This document shows, in pieces, positions 35,316-45,676 of a stretch of 64,000 nucleotides of DNA; position 1 is the first letter of the stretch; the number at the start of each line of letters is the position of its first letter. A program made the translations under genes and the position numbers. The notes beneath the pieces were generated by a model. The model was not told the DNA's origin and ran no database searches. It was given only the letters and a program-made list of their open reading frames with translations. Source of the DNA: Halorutilales archaeon Cl-col2-1 (lineage in GTDB: Archaea > Halobacteriota > Halobacteria > Halobacteriales > Afararchaeaceae); the NCBI GenBank assembly GCA_041891055.1, contig CP169074.1:1184001-1248000 (forward strand). The letters run 5' to 3'.

Positions 35316-35798
35316 TCAGAGACCCTCAATCTCGGAGGGCTTCTGCTTACGCACGACGTAGACGTCGTAGTCGCCCGCGCTCGCTGCGCGACCCCCGACA
35401 CTCGTGACGGGTGTCGCTATACGTCCGACGTTGTCACTCCCTATGAAGATTATACTCGGGTCGTACTCTCGTATGACTGATCCGAGCTCTGTGGCTATTG
35501 ATCCCTTGGTCGAGTAGCCGCCTATTACGCTGTGTTCGAACGCAGCGTTCGGGGCTATCTCTGCGACCTCGTCCTCGAGGTACTCAGCAGCCCTCTCCAA
35601 GCTGAAGCCGTCGCCTTCATCGATCCAGCCTCTCGACCTCACGTACCTCTCGTCGTCGGGGACTACGGAAGCGGCGACTATTACCCAGTCTCCGAGAGCG
35701 TCAGCGTACTCCTTAGCGCGTCTCAGGGCGGCTTTCGAGAGGTCGGAGGCGTCGAAGGGGACGAGAGCGATCATAGACCGTGTGGTGGCTCCATGCAT
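35316..35798 (-). CDS. Universal stress protein
   Basis: LVPFDASDLSKAAL...IIFIGS...SVG...YDVYVVR. Confidence 0.85.
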   Translation of the reverse strand: MHGATTRSMIALVPFDASDLSKAALRRAKEYADALGDWVIVAASVVPDDERYVRSRGWIDEGDGFSLERAAEYLEDEVAEIAPNAAFEHSVIGGYSTKGSIATELGSVIREYDPSIIFIGSDNVGRIATPVTSVGGRAASAGDYDVYVVRKQKPSEIEGL

Positions 35799-35877
35799 AT
35801 TCTACTTTCTCTTGGCTCCGGGTGTCAAGGCGAGACGTCCGTTATTGTTATATACTTTTGTGTACTAATTGTAGGAC

Positions 35878-36516
35878 ATGGTATCAGGGGTAAGGGTAGA
35901 GCTAACAGTTGGCAAGCCTCAGGACTGTCCCGTCGCCGAGGTGTCGTCCGAGGGCGGCGAGTCGGGTGCTGTCTCTAAGGCTGTGACACCCGACGGAAAG
36001 GCAGTAGAGGAGTTCACGTACACGGAGAACTCAGTCGGAAAATCGGAGAAGGAGGTCGACGAGGTATTCTCTTACGGCTCCGAGAACGTATACAGGTTCG
36101 AGAGAGACACGGGAATAGGATGTGTGTGCGAGGTCATAGAGGAGGCAGGATGTCCCGTCTCCGACGTCAAAGGGGACAACGGCTCTCTCCTAATCTCGTT
36201 CCACGCTCCCGACGTCGATACCCTCAAAGATATAACCACGGAGCTACGTAACGAGTTCTCGGACATCAGTCTCCAGCGTCTTGTGAGAACAGAGGACGAG
36301 GGATCGAAGTCCGACCTCGCCTTCGTCGACAGATCGGCTCTGACCCAAAGACAGACAGAGGTTCTCAGAAAGGCACACGAGATGGGCTACTTCGAGTACC
36401 CGAAGGGGGCGAACGCGAAGGAGGTTGCCGACGAACTCGGTATCTCCGCCTCGACCTTCTCGGAACATCTCTCGGCGGCACAGAACAAGATACTCGGGGC
36501 TCTCCTCGACGACTGA
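35878..36516 (+). CDS. Bat/HTH-10 family transcriptional activator (DmsR-like)
   Basis: Cys-containing N-domain (CPV, CVC, CPV) plus LTQRQTEVL...GYFEYPK...HLSAAQ. Confidence 0.88.
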   Translation: MVSGVRVELTVGKPQDCPVAEVSSEGGESGAVSKAVTPDGKAVEEFTYTENSVGKSEKEVDEVFSYGSENVYRFERDTGIGCVCEVIEEAGCPVSDVKGDNGSLLISFHAPDVDTLKDITTELRNEFSDISLQRLVRTEDEGSKSDLAFVDRSALTQRQTEVLRKAHEMGYFEYPKGANAKEVADELGISASTFSEHLSAAQNKILGALLDD

Positions 36517-36585
36517 GGTGACGTTTAAACCCCCCGAAAATAAGGGCTGTTTATATTAGTGTCACCGCCGACTACACAGTATTGT

Positions 36586-37749
36586 ATGGTGGGGACAGTA
36601 ACGGCAGAAGAACTCAGAGACCTGCAGGACTCTGACGAGGAGTATGAACTTATAGACATGCGTTTCGAGGATCAGTTCGACGACTGGCACATACAGGGGG
36701 CTAAGAACATACCCTTCATGGAGTTCGAGGAAGATCCCGACTCTTACCTCGACGAGATACCCGAGGACGAGCCCGTGTATCTACTTTGTGCAGAGGGAGG
36801 ATCGTCGGAGTACGCCGCCGAGATGCTCGAAGAGAGAGGCTACGACAACGTCCACAACGTCGAGGGAGGAATGAAGGCGTGGAGTGCGGTCTATGACGTG
36901 ACTCCCGTGTCGACACAGGACGACGACCTCGAGATAGTACAGCTACAGAGGAGATCGAAGGGCTGTCTCGGATACATAGTCGGTGACAAGGCGACGGGAG
37001 AGGCTGCGGCGATAGACGTCACACGTCACACGAACGAGTACAAGGACGCCGCCGCCGAACGTGGCTTCGAGATAACCAAGGTCTTCGACACACATATCCA
37101 CGCAGACCATATCTCGGGAGGAAGCAGACTCGCCGACGAACTCGACGTTCCGTACCATCTCGGATCTCCCGCTGAGACTCGTAATCCGGGATTCGACTAC
37201 GATCCCGTCAATCCGAACGACACAGTTGAGGTCGGTAACGTGAGCATAAAGGCGGTACACACTCCGGGACACACCACAGGTTCGACGTCTTGGCTAGTCG
37301 AGGACGAGGCTCTGATGACTGGAGACACTCTCTTCGTCGAGTCGGTCGGACGTACTGAGCTCCAGTTCTCGGGGGAGGACGCCGAGGACGCCTCGACAGT
37401 ACTCTACGACACTCTCCAGAACATGATGTCACAGCCCGACACAGTCAAGATACTCCCCGCACACTTCTCGGTCACAGACTGCGGAGAGTTCATCGATGTC
37501 ACACCCGGAACACCGATGGTGTCGACTGTGGGCAAGATAAGGACGAGCAACGAGATGATACAGATGGACAAGGACGAGTACGTCGAGGCTGCCTTCGAGA
37601 ACATGCCGTCGAAGCCTCCCAACTACGAGGACGTCATCTCTATAAACGAGGGCAAGCAGGAGCTTGAAGGCGAGGAGGAGGCGACCAACCTCGAACTCGG
37701 ACCTAACCGGTGCGCAGCGACCGAGGAGAGCGTAGTCGCAGACGACTGA
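36586..37749 (+). CDS. Rhodanese + MBL-fold (persulfide dioxygenase-like) fusion
   Basis: Rhodanese (WHIQGA, CAEGGSS, GGMKAW) then THIHADH, HTPGHT, GDTLF...GR, PAH, C-terminal GPNRC. Confidence 0.88.
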   Translation: MVGTVTAEELRDLQDSDEEYELIDMRFEDQFDDWHIQGAKNIPFMEFEEDPDSYLDEIPEDEPVYLLCAEGGSSEYAAEMLEERGYDNVHNVEGGMKAWSAVYDVTPVSTQDDDLEIVQLQRRSKGCLGYIVGDKATGEAAAIDVTRHTNEYKDAAAERGFEITKVFDTHIHADHISGGSRLADELDVPYHLGSPAETRNPGFDYDPVNPNDTVEVGNVSIKAVHTPGHTTGSTSWLVEDEALMTGDTLFVESVGRTELQFSGEDAEDASTVLYDTLQNMMSQPDTVKILPAHFSVTDCGEFIDVTPGTPMVSTVGKIRTSNEMIQMDKDEYVEAAFENMPSKPPNYEDVISINEGKQELEGEEEATNLELGPNRCAATEESVVADD

Positions 37750-37790
37750 CCGGAAGAAGATAGATAAGAAGGCGTCTCTTCTTTGTGGAC

Positions 37791-38453
37791 ATGAAAAACT
37801 CCGTAGTCGTAGGAGTAGCTGTAGCTATGGCTCTGTTCGTGCTGGCGTCTGTCTCGGTGGCGGCGTCGGTGGGTACCGTCTCGGCTCAGGAAGACAGTGG
37901 GGGAGACAGTAACAGTAACGAGAGCCTCGACCTCGCCGAGGCAAACGTGATGGAGGTCGAGTACTCGGCTTCGGGTTCGGGAGCCTACGGCTTCGACGTT
38001 ACTCTCTACCACGACGACTCGGGAGAGGAAGCCTACGCCAACTGGTGGCAGGTCGAGACGACCGGCGGCGAAAGGTTGGGCAGACGTGACCTCCTCCACG
38101 CCCACGGAACGAGGGAGTTCACCCGGTCGGAGACTGTCGAGGTACCGATGGGAACGAGGTACGTCGTCGTACGTGGACACGACGAGACCCACGGATACGG
38201 CGGAAGGGCGGCAGTAGTCGACCTCGAATCCGGCGACGTCGAGTTCGTGGATCAGGGAAACGAGGCTCAGAGCTTCTCAGGCTACTCAGGCTCTAAGACA
38301 GAGAAGAACAGTAACCGCACGGAGTCGGGGTCAGCGTCGAAACCCGAATCAGAGTCAGAAACAGAGTCACAGCCTCAGCCGGGATTCAGCGTATCGGCTC
38401 TGGCGTCGGTATTTCTGATGGCTCTGATAAGGAGACTGCTGTGGAATAGGTAG
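37791..38453 (+). CDS. Secreted cell-surface protein with PGF-CTERM sorting signal
   Basis: N-terminal signal peptide, HDD...YANWW...HAH core, Ser/Glu linker, QPGF + TM + RR. Confidence 0.8.
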   Translation: MKNSVVVGVAVAMALFVLASVSVAASVGTVSAQEDSGGDSNSNESLDLAEANVMEVEYSASGSGAYGFDVTLYHDDSGEEAYANWWQVETTGGERLGRRDLLHAHGTREFTRSETVEVPMGTRYVVVRGHDETHGYGGRAAVVDLESGDVEFVDQGNEAQSFSGYSGSKTEKNSNRTESGSASKPESESETESQPQPGFSVSALASVFLMALIRRLLWNR

Positions 38454-38465
38454 AAGTGGTTAGAG

Positions 38466-40154
38466 TTAGTACGACCTCTCCTTCGGCTCGTACTCCTTTA
38501 TGACAACGTCGTCGTACTCAAGACGCGGGTACTCGTTCTCGCCCGCGTAGTATGCCATCGTGTGTTTGAGCCACTCGTCGTCGTTCCTCTCGGTGTAGTC
38601 GTCGCGCGAGTGTGCGCCCCTCGACTCGGTTCTCGCAAGGGCGCTCTCAGTGATGACCTCGGCGACGTCGAGTATACTCCTGAGTTCGAGAGTCTGTGTG
38701 AGGTCGGTGTTGAATGTCGAGCTTGAGTCCTTGACTGTGACGTCCTCGTACCGTCTCTTCGCCTCCTGTATAGCCTCGCGTGCCTCCTTGAGACCTTCCT
38801 CAGTTCTGAAGACTCCTACCTTCTCGGTCATTATCTCCTGGACTTCCTCACGTATCTCGGACTGGTGAACTCCCGTACCCGACATAAGCTCCTCGATACG
38901 TTCCCTCTCCTCCTCGGCTCTCGCCTCGACCTCGCTCGGTGAGACCGAAGACGATCCGGCTGACGCCTTCGCGGCGTGTTCACCCGCTCTCTTTCCGAAG
39001 ACGACGAGCTCTAGGAGTGCGTTTCCTCCGAGACGGTTCGCGCCGTGGACTGAGACACACGCCGCCTCCCCGACGGCGTAGAATCCTTCGACGTTTGTCT
39101 TTCCGTCGGCGTCACACGCGATTCCCCCCATCGTGTAATGCTGACCCGGCTTCACGGGTATGGGCTCCTCGACGGGGTCGACCCCCTCGAAGTCGCGCGC
39201 AAGTTCGAGGATCTGTGCGAGACGTTCCTCTATCTTCTCCTCTCCGAAATGGGTTAGGTCGAGATGTACGGTTCCCTGTTCGAAGCCACGTCCCTCCTGA
39301 ACCTCTATGAGCTCGGCACGTGAGACGACGTCACGTGACGCGAGCTCTCCGGCGTTGGGGGCGTAGCCGCGCTCGTACATGAACCGCTCACCCTCGTTGT
39401 TATAGAGGATTCCACCCTCTCCACGGCATCCCTCTGTGATCAGGATTCCCGTACTCGGGAGGGTCGTGGGATGGAACTGTATGAACTCCATGTCCTCCAT
39501 CGGGACTCCCGCCCTGTACGCGATAGAGAGACCGTCTCCGGTGTTGGCGACTGCGTTCGTGGTGTGTTCATAGACCTGTCCCATTCCTCCCGTGGCGAAT
39601 ATAGTCGCGTTCGCGGCGAAGGAATCGACACGTCCCGTCTGGAGATCGATCGCCGTGACACCGTGGGCGCGTCCGTTCTCGACGACGAGGTCGGTGACGT
39701 ACCACTCGTCGTAGACAGTTATGCCCCTCTTGAGAACCTGTTCGTACATAGTGTGGAGGAGCATATGTCCCGTCTTGTCACTCGCATACGTCGTACGCGG
39801 GAACGAGAGTCCTCCGAACGCCCTCTGGGCGACCCTCTCGTTCTCCTCGCGCGAGAAAGCCATTCCCATGTTCTCGAGGTTGATGACCTCGTTGGGAGCC
39901 TCGCGCGTCATTATGTTGATAGGCTCCTGGTCGCCTATGTAGTCGCTCCCCTTTACGGTGTCATAGGCGTGGTCGTGCCAGTCGTCCTCGTCCTTGAGTG
40001 CGGCATTTATTCCTCCCTCGGCGGCTCCCGTGTGTGACCTAACGGGATGTAGCTTCGAGACTATCGCTACGTCAGCACCCGCCTCGTGTGCGGCGACGGC
40101 GGCTCTGAGACCCGCTCCGCCCGCGCCGACTATGAGTACGTCGTGTTTGTGCAT
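38466..40154 (-). CDS. sdhA: Succinate dehydrogenase flavoprotein subunit
   Basis: GAGGAG, RSHTGAAEGG (covalent FAD His), QFHPT, HGANRLGGN, ESRGAH. Confidence 0.96.
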   Translation of the reverse strand: MHKHDVLIVGAGGAGLRAAVAAHEAGADVAIVSKLHPVRSHTGAAEGGINAALKDEDDWHDHAYDTVKGSDYIGDQEPINIMTREAPNEVINLENMGMAFSREENERVAQRAFGGLSFPRTTYASDKTGHMLLHTMYEQVLKRGITVYDEWYVTDLVVENGRAHGVTAIDLQTGRVDSFAANATIFATGGMGQVYEHTTNAVANTGDGLSIAYRAGVPMEDMEFIQFHPTTLPSTGILITEGCRGEGGILYNNEGERFMYERGYAPNAGELASRDVVSRAELIEVQEGRGFEQGTVHLDLTHFGEEKIEERLAQILELARDFEGVDPVEEPIPVKPGQHYTMGGIACDADGKTNVEGFYAVGEAACVSVHGANRLGGNALLELVVFGKRAGEHAAKASAGSSSVSPSEVEARAEEERERIEELMSGTGVHQSEIREEVQEIMTEKVGVFRTEEGLKEAREAIQEAKRRYEDVTVKDSSSTFNTDLTQTLELRSILDVAEVITESALARTESRGAHSRDDYTERNDDEWLKHTMAYYAGENEYPRLEYDDVVIKEYEPKERSY

Positions 40155-40159
40155 CTATT

Positions 40160-40918
40160 TCACCTCCAGAATCTGAGTTTCTGTTTGACTGCTTCCTTGC
40201 TCATCTCCATTATAGCTTCCGTGGGTGAGATTCCCTTCGGACAGACGTCTGTACAGTTGAACTGTGTGTGGCATCTCCAGAGTCCGTGTGACTCGTTGAG
40301 CATCTCGAGACGTCTCTGTCTCGTCTCGTCACCCTCGCGCTCGTCCTTGAAGAACCTGTACGCCTTCGCGAGCGCGGCGGGACCTGTGAAGTCGTCGTCA
40401 TTTCCGGCGGGGTTACACGAAGACGAGCAACAGCCACACCAGATACAGTCGAGTACGGTGTCTATGTTCTGCCTGTTCTCGTGTGACTGAAGGTACTCCT
40501 CCCCGGTCTCAGGCTCGTGGTCGGGCTGGAACCACGGCTCCACGCTCTCCATCCTGTCGTAGAAGCCGTCCATATCGACGACGAGATCACGTTCGACATC
40601 CTCGTTCGGAAGAGGCTCTATCTGAACCGGCGTCGACAGGTCGAGATCCTCTATCTGTGTGTTACACGCGAGCCTCTGTCTTCCGTCTATGTACATCGCA
40701 TCGCTTCCGCATCTCGCCATCCTGCACGAGTGTCGGAAGGTGAGGGTAGGATCCTGGTGGTCACGTATACGTATTAGGGCGTCGAGTACCGTCATTCCTT
40801 CCTGCCTCTCGACGGTGTACTCCTTGAAGTACGACTCTTCGTCTTCCTCAGGCACGTACCTGAAGACCTTGAGGTTTACAGTTCCTCTGTGGGTGTCGTC
40901 TGCTGTTTTAGTTGACAT
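40160..40918 (-). CDS. sdhB: Succinate dehydrogenase iron-sulfur subunit
   Basis: SCRMARCGSD...C, CIWCGCCSSSC, CHTQFNCTDVCP. Confidence 0.96.
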   Translation of the reverse strand: MSTKTADDTHRGTVNLKVFRYVPEEDEESYFKEYTVERQEGMTVLDALIRIRDHQDPTLTFRHSCRMARCGSDAMYIDGRQRLACNTQIEDLDLSTPVQIEPLPNEDVERDLVVDMDGFYDRMESVEPWFQPDHEPETGEEYLQSHENRQNIDTVLDCIWCGCCSSSCNPAGNDDDFTGPAALAKAYRFFKDEREGDETRQRRLEMLNESHGLWRCHTQFNCTDVCPKGISPTEAIMEMSKEAVKQKLRFWR

Positions 40919-40924
40919 CTTTTA

Positions 40925-41338
40925 TCACATCGATGTTGCGGTGAACGCCTGGAATATGAGTATTCCCTGTACGAAGAGGGCTATGCCGGCGACTACGAGG
41001 ACGGCACGTACCGTCTTCTCAGCCTTACGGCTCCATCCCTGTTCGGTGGCTATCGTGTATACGCCGTTGAAGCCGTGGTATATAGAGAAGCCTAAGAGGA
41101 GTATAGCGATCGTCTGGTAGAGGAGTGCGGAGATCTCGACAGTTCCGAACTGACCCGAGATTACTCCCTGTGTCATCCTCTCGACGGTGTTGTCGAATGT
41201 GACCTCAGCGGCTCCGACTATGAAATGTTCGACTGCGAAATGGAAGCCGAGTAGGACGATCAGACCGACTCCCGTGACTCTCTGTAATAGCCATCCTCTG
41301 TACGCCCTTCCGCTCGGTTCTTTGCCTTCTTCCATCAT
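40925..41338 (-). CDS. sdhD: Succinate dehydrogenase membrane anchor
   Basis: WLLQRVTG, YHGFNG; ATGA overlap with sdhC. Confidence 0.9.
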   Translation of the reverse strand: MMEEGKEPSGRAYRGWLLQRVTGVGLIVLLGFHFAVEHFIVGAAEVTFDNTVERMTQGVISGQFGTVEISALLYQTIAILLLGFSIYHGFNGVYTIATEQGWSRKAEKTVRAVLVVAGIALFVQGILIFQAFTATSM

Positions 41339-41730
41339 ATTAACCACTCCCATCCCATGAAGAACGGGACGCCTACTGCTACCACAGCCGCGCTAACCGC
41401 GACACTGAGGTAGAAGAGCTGTTCCTGTATGTCGAGACCTACCGTCATGTCGAAGAGGACTACGCGTGTTCCGTTGAGTGCATGGAACACGAAAGCCGCG
41501 AAGAGACCGAGTTCGAGAACCTTTACGATCGTGAGGCTCTCGAATCCGTGTATGATCGAGTTGAACGTCTCGGGTCCTATCCAGTAGGCTGTCCCGAGAA
41601 CCATGAGATGCATCACGAGGTAGAGTGTCAGAACCAAGCCCGTGATCCTATGTAGATAAAAAGCCCAGGTTCCGGGCGCGAAGTCCCTCCAGCGGCTGAA
41701 GTCCTCTATGCGTCCTCTGTCAAGACTCAT
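41335..41730 (-). CDS. sdhC: Succinate dehydrogenase cytochrome b subunit
   Basis: LHRITG, MH, FHALNG. Confidence 0.92.
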   Translation of the reverse strand: MSLDRGRIEDFSRWRDFAPGTWAFYLHRITGLVLTLYLVMHLMVLGTAYWIGPETFNSIIHGFESLTIVKVLELGLFAAFVFHALNGTRVVLFDMTVGLDIQEQLFYLSVAVSAAVVAVGVPFFMGWEWLI

Positions 41731-41768
41731 TGTTAGATATGACTCTTTTATCCGTTATAGTAGTTTCT

Positions 41769-42098
41769 TTAGGGCTGAGCCCCTGCCTCTGCCTCTGGGT
41801 TCTTCTCGTCCTTGAGCCTCTCGACGCGTTTGTTGTGTAGCTCCCTGAGGTAGGCTACGTCATCCATGTCGTCGGGAGTCTCGACGGGCTGGTACTCGTT
41901 GCCGTCTGTGACCTCGACGGCATCCCTGTCGGACTCGAAGACAGTCGACTCGATGACCCTGTTCGACCAGTCACGTATCTGGAGGAGCCAGACGCCATCC
42001 TCGTCTGTCGAATAGAGTCCTACGAGGTCGTCTCCTACGGTGTCGCGGGCTATGGGAGAGTCTATCTCGGGAAGACTTTCCACGTCTATCTCTGTCAT
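41769..42098 (-). CDS. Hypothetical acidic protein
   Basis: 109-aa ORF with haloarchaeal composition, co-oriented with sdh. Confidence 0.65.
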   Translation of the reverse strand: MTEIDVESLPEIDSPIARDTVGDDLVGLYSTDEDGVWLLQIRDWSNRVIESTVFESDRDAVEVTDGNEYQPVETPDDMDDVAYLRELHNKRVERLKDEKNPEAEAGAQP

Positions 42099-42218
42099 AC
42101 TTACTTACTCCTACTACCGACAGGGGTATGAATCTGGTGGAAATTCGGTCACATACCGACTTCTGTAACCGAAACCGAGAATAAAAGGCGTTTAATAACT
42201 CCGCGACTTTCGGTATAT

Positions 42219-43205
42219 ATGAAGCTCAAGGAGTCAGCATTCGACTTTGAACTCGACAGGGTCGTAAATGAGATAGAAGAAGAGGGATACGACAGAGTGG
42301 GTCTCCAGTTCCCACAGGGGCTCAAGAGACGCGCGACAGAGGTCGTGAGAGAGCTAAGGCAGAGAGCACCCGGGACTCAGTTTCTTATATCGGGAGACCC
42401 GTGTTACGGCGCGTGTGACCTCGACGAGTACCTCCTCAAACGCACCGACGTCCTCGTTCATTTTGGACATTCGCCCATACGTAACACAGACAGCGTGATC
42501 TATGTCGAGTCGCGTTCACACGCCGAGATAGAGCCGATAATAGAAGAGAGCTTGGAGAAGATAGACGACGACAAGCCCGTCTGTCTCGTGACGACCGCAC
42601 AGCACTCACACGTCTTCGGGGAGGCGCGCGAGATAATAGAGGAGAGAGGCTACGACGTCGTGACACAGGAGGGCGACGACAGGCTCGAAAACGAGGGACA
42701 GGTTCTCGGCTGTAACTACACTACTGTAGACTCCGACGCTCCTCAGGTACTCTACCTCGGCGGAGGCGACTTCCATCCCGTGGGTCTCGCTATGGATCAC
42801 CCCGACAAGCTTCTCGTCGTCGCAGATCCCGTCAACAAGGAGGTCAGAGAGGTTGACGGGGAGAAGTTCATACGTCAGAGGTACGCCGCCATCGCACGTG
42901 CCGAGGACGCCGAGTCATGGGGTGTCATACTCTCGACTAAGATAGGACAGAAGAGGGAGAGGATAGCCGAGGAGATAGTCGAGAACCACGACGAGGCGTT
43001 CCTCATCACGATGAACGAGGTTACCCCCGACAGACTTCTACATTTCGACGCAGACGCCTACGTCAACACGGCGTGTCCACGTATAACTACTGACGACGGT
43101 CCGAGGTACGACGAGCCGGTTCTCACGCCTATCGAGTTCGAGATCGCTGTCGGAGAAAGAGACTGGGACGACCTGAGGTTCGACACCTTCCACGGAGCCT
43201 TCTAG
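42219..43205 (+). CDS. dph2: Diphthamide biosynthesis enzyme Dph2
   Basis: LQFPQG, CYGACD, GQVLGC, TACPR. Confidence 0.95.
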   Translation: MKLKESAFDFELDRVVNEIEEEGYDRVGLQFPQGLKRRATEVVRELRQRAPGTQFLISGDPCYGACDLDEYLLKRTDVLVHFGHSPIRNTDSVIYVESRSHAEIEPIIEESLEKIDDDKPVCLVTTAQHSHVFGEAREIIEERGYDVVTQEGDDRLENEGQVLGCNYTTVDSDAPQVLYLGGGDFHPVGLAMDHPDKLLVVADPVNKEVREVDGEKFIRQRYAAIARAEDAESWGVILSTKIGQKRERIAEEIVENHDEAFLITMNEVTPDRLLHFDADAYVNTACPRITTDDGPRYDEPVLTPIEFEIAVGERDWDDLRFDTFHGAF

Positions 43206-43418
43206 CTAGACGCCTTCCATCTCGCCGTGTTTGATCTTGGCGTTGTTGGGAGCCGCAGTCGTGAGATTCTTCTGTTTGAGACGTACAGTCTCACCGCTCT
43301 CGTATACGTATACCTTGAAGTAGTCGCCGTACTCGTTCTGCGTTATTATCCCCATGCTGCCGTTGTAACGGCTGTCGGGATCGTCAACCCGCACACGTGC
43401 ACCATTTGACAGTGACAT
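43206..43418 (-). CDS. Small hypothetical protein, SH3/KOW-like
   Basis: GARVRV...YNGSMGII...KVYV...VRLKQKNL beta-barrel pattern; start at Met15 of the ORF. Confidence 0.55.
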   Translation of the reverse strand: MSLSNGARVRVDDPDSRYNGSMGIITQNEYGDYFKVYVYESGETVRLKQKNLTTAAPNNAKIKHGEMEGV

Positions 43419-43471
43419 ATGTTGACAGTGTGCTGCGTGGGATATAATACTATCGGACAAAAAGAGTTAGA

Positions 43472-43663
43472 TTACCTCTTGGCTCTGTACTCGCCGTGTT
43501 TGACGCCTATGGCGAGCGTTATGAGACCGTAGATCACCATAGAGGGAAGAACCATCATCAGAACCGTGCTCGGTCTCATCATAGGTGCGGCTACGAGTCC
43601 TCCAACTCCGAGTGCCACTATCAGTACGAACAAGCCAGCTGTCTTAGTTAAGTCGAACTCCAT
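43472..43663 (-). CDS. Small 2-TM haloarchaeal membrane protein
   Basis: TVLMMVLPSM...GVKHGEYRA. Confidence 0.75.
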   Translation of the reverse strand: MEFDLTKTAGLFVLIVALGVGGLVAAPMMRPSTVLMMVLPSMVIYGLITLAIGVKHGEYRAKR

Positions 43664-43759
43664 GTGGTTAGACAGGAGATCTAGATACTTATACTGTCGG
43701 ACAGACTCGAAGTGGAGTACCGTCTCCTGAGAGCCGTGAAGACGGGAAGCTTCGGTCGA

Positions 43760-44191
43760 CTACTTGACTCTCTCCTGAAGAACCGAGGGATGTGACGCCG
43801 TGACTCCTTCTATTCCCTCGATGCCATCGGAGATTATGCCGTGGAGGCTACGGTTGTCGCGCGCGACGACCTTCGCGAGTATGTCGTGATCACCGCTGGT
43901 TATGTAGACGTCCCTGACGCCTTCGACATCCTTTATCTCCTCCGAGACACGCAGAAGGCTGTCGCTCTCGGTGTCGATCCCAACAAGAGCGACCGTCCGA
44001 CCGCTGACCTTCTTAGGATCGACCTCCGCCGTGTATCCGGTTATAGCCCCCGTCTCTTCGAGCCGCTCCATGTACTTACGCACGGTGGGCTCGCTTACCC
44101 CCACCTTCTCGGCGATATCGCCGTACGAGGCGCGTGCGTTCTCCTCAAGCGCCTCTATTATCGCCTGTTCGGTGTCCGTAGAGTCAGTCAC
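43760..44191 (-). CDS. Lrp/AsnC family regulator (LrpA1-like)
   Basis: NARASYGDIAEKVGVSEPTVRKY...ITGY, SGDHD. Confidence 0.9.
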   Translation of the reverse strand: MTDSTDTEQAIIEALEENARASYGDIAEKVGVSEPTVRKYMERLEETGAITGYTAEVDPKKVSGRTVALVGIDTESDSLLRVSEEIKDVEGVRDVYITSGDHDILAKVVARDNRSLHGIISDGIEGIEGVTASHPSVLQERVK

Positions 44192-44266
44192 AGTAAGTAG
44201 TACGTTCGTCTAATATAAAAAAACTCATAAATATACCAAAGAAAGTTTTTCTAAGCCTAAAGAGAG

Positions 44267-45181
44267 ATGGAGTGTTCTAACTGCAGCCAGCCCGCGGTTC
44301 TGAGACAGGCGTACAGCGGCAAGCATCTGTGTGAGACGCATCTCTACGAGTCGGTCGAGAAACGCGTCAAACAGAGAATACGTGAAGACGACATCCTACA
44401 GGGCGACGAGACGTGGGTCGTGGGTCTGAGCGGTGGAAAGGACTCATCTGTTCTCCTCGACATAATCGCGCGCGTCTTCGACGACAACCCCTCTGTCGAG
44501 ATAGTCGCCCTTACACTCGACGAGGGGATAGAGGGATACAGGGACGAGAGCGTCAAGGAGGCGGAAAGGCTGTGTGATAGACTCGGGATTAGACACGAGA
44601 TCGTGGAGTTCGACGAAGACATAGACGTCACGATGGACGAGGTCGTCGACCAGAAGCCCCAGAGACAGGCGTGTTCCTACTGCGGTGTCTTCAGACGCAC
44701 ACTCCTCAACAGACACGCCGAACGTCTCGGCGCGACGAAGCTCCTGATGGGACACAACCTAGACGACGTCGCACAGACCGCCCTGATGAACTTCCTCGAC
44801 GGCGACGTGGAGAGGATGTCACGCCATTACCGTGCGTCTCTGTCGCCGAAGAACGAGGAGGGCGACTTCGTGAGACGCGCGAAGCCTCTTCGGGACGTGC
44901 CCGAGAAGGAGATCGCGGTCTACGCACAGCTCAAGGATCTCCCCGTCTACCTCGAGGAGTGTCCCAACGCAGAGGGCGCGACGCGGGGCGACATACGTGA
45001 TCTCCTAATGGAGTACGAACGTAAACACCCGGGTACTCGCCACTCCCTGATGAGCTCTTACGAGAAGATAGCCGAGAGGCTCGACTGGTCATCACAGGAT
45101 CTCGTGGAGTGTGATAGATGTGGCGAGCCGACTACAGGAGATCTGTGTCGGGCGTGTTCTATGTTAGAAGAAGTTGGTTAG
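44267..45181 (+). CDS. ncsA: tRNA 2-thiolation protein (TtuA/Ncs6 family)
   Basis: N- and C-terminal zinc fingers, SGGKDS, CSYCGVFRR, GHNLDD. Confidence 0.93.
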   Translation: MECSNCSQPAVLRQAYSGKHLCETHLYESVEKRVKQRIREDDILQGDETWVVGLSGGKDSSVLLDIIARVFDDNPSVEIVALTLDEGIEGYRDESVKEAERLCDRLGIRHEIVEFDEDIDVTMDEVVDQKPQRQACSYCGVFRRTLLNRHAERLGATKLLMGHNLDDVAQTALMNFLDGDVERMSRHYRASLSPKNEEGDFVRRAKPLRDVPEKEIAVYAQLKDLPVYLEECPNAEGATRGDIRDLLMEYERKHPGTRHSLMSSYEKIAERLDWSSQDLVECDRCGEPTTGDLCRACSMLEEVG

Positions 45182-45219
45182 CTTACTTGGTAGAGAAGGC
45201 GAGTCTACGGTGGGGAAAA

Positions 45220-45603
45220 CTATGTCAGTTTATAGACTACTAACCCCAGTAATAGAGATATAATCATCCCAATATAGACCCCTATAAGAGAGCTTATTCT
45301 AAGTAATTCTCGTGAGGCTACGAAGCTCAAGGGAACTACGACCAACATAATTACAAATACGACTATGAGAAATACTATCAGATCCCCTTTCGACTGGTCT
45401 GTTCTGAATCCCAGAACTATACGACGTCCTAAGAAGGTAAAGGTTCCCAGCCCAGTTCCTGCGAGAAGACTAAACTGAACCGGATTATGGTTTACGTAGA
45501 GAAGAAGGCTCTGACCAACCCCGGCTAATACCCCGATCAAAAGACTGTCCCCCCAGAGTCCAAAATGTCGACGTAGCCAGGACTGGTTCTTAGACTGTGT
45601 CAT
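45220..45603 (-). CDS. 4-TM membrane protein, immunity-like
   Basis: Hydrophobic, non-acidic 127 aa in a lower-GC region. Confidence 0.65.
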   Translation of the reverse strand: MTQSKNQSWLRRHFGLWGDSLLIGVLAGVGQSLLLYVNHNPVQFSLLAGTGLGTFTFLGRRIVLGFRTDQSKGDLIVFLIVVFVIMLVVVPLSFVASRELLRISSLIGVYIGMIISLLLGLVVYKLT

Positions 45604-45676
45604 GGCTAAGTGTCCAGGAAAATAGATGGGTCATGTAGGTTGATTCTATTCCACTTGTCATACTGAAGGACAAAAA

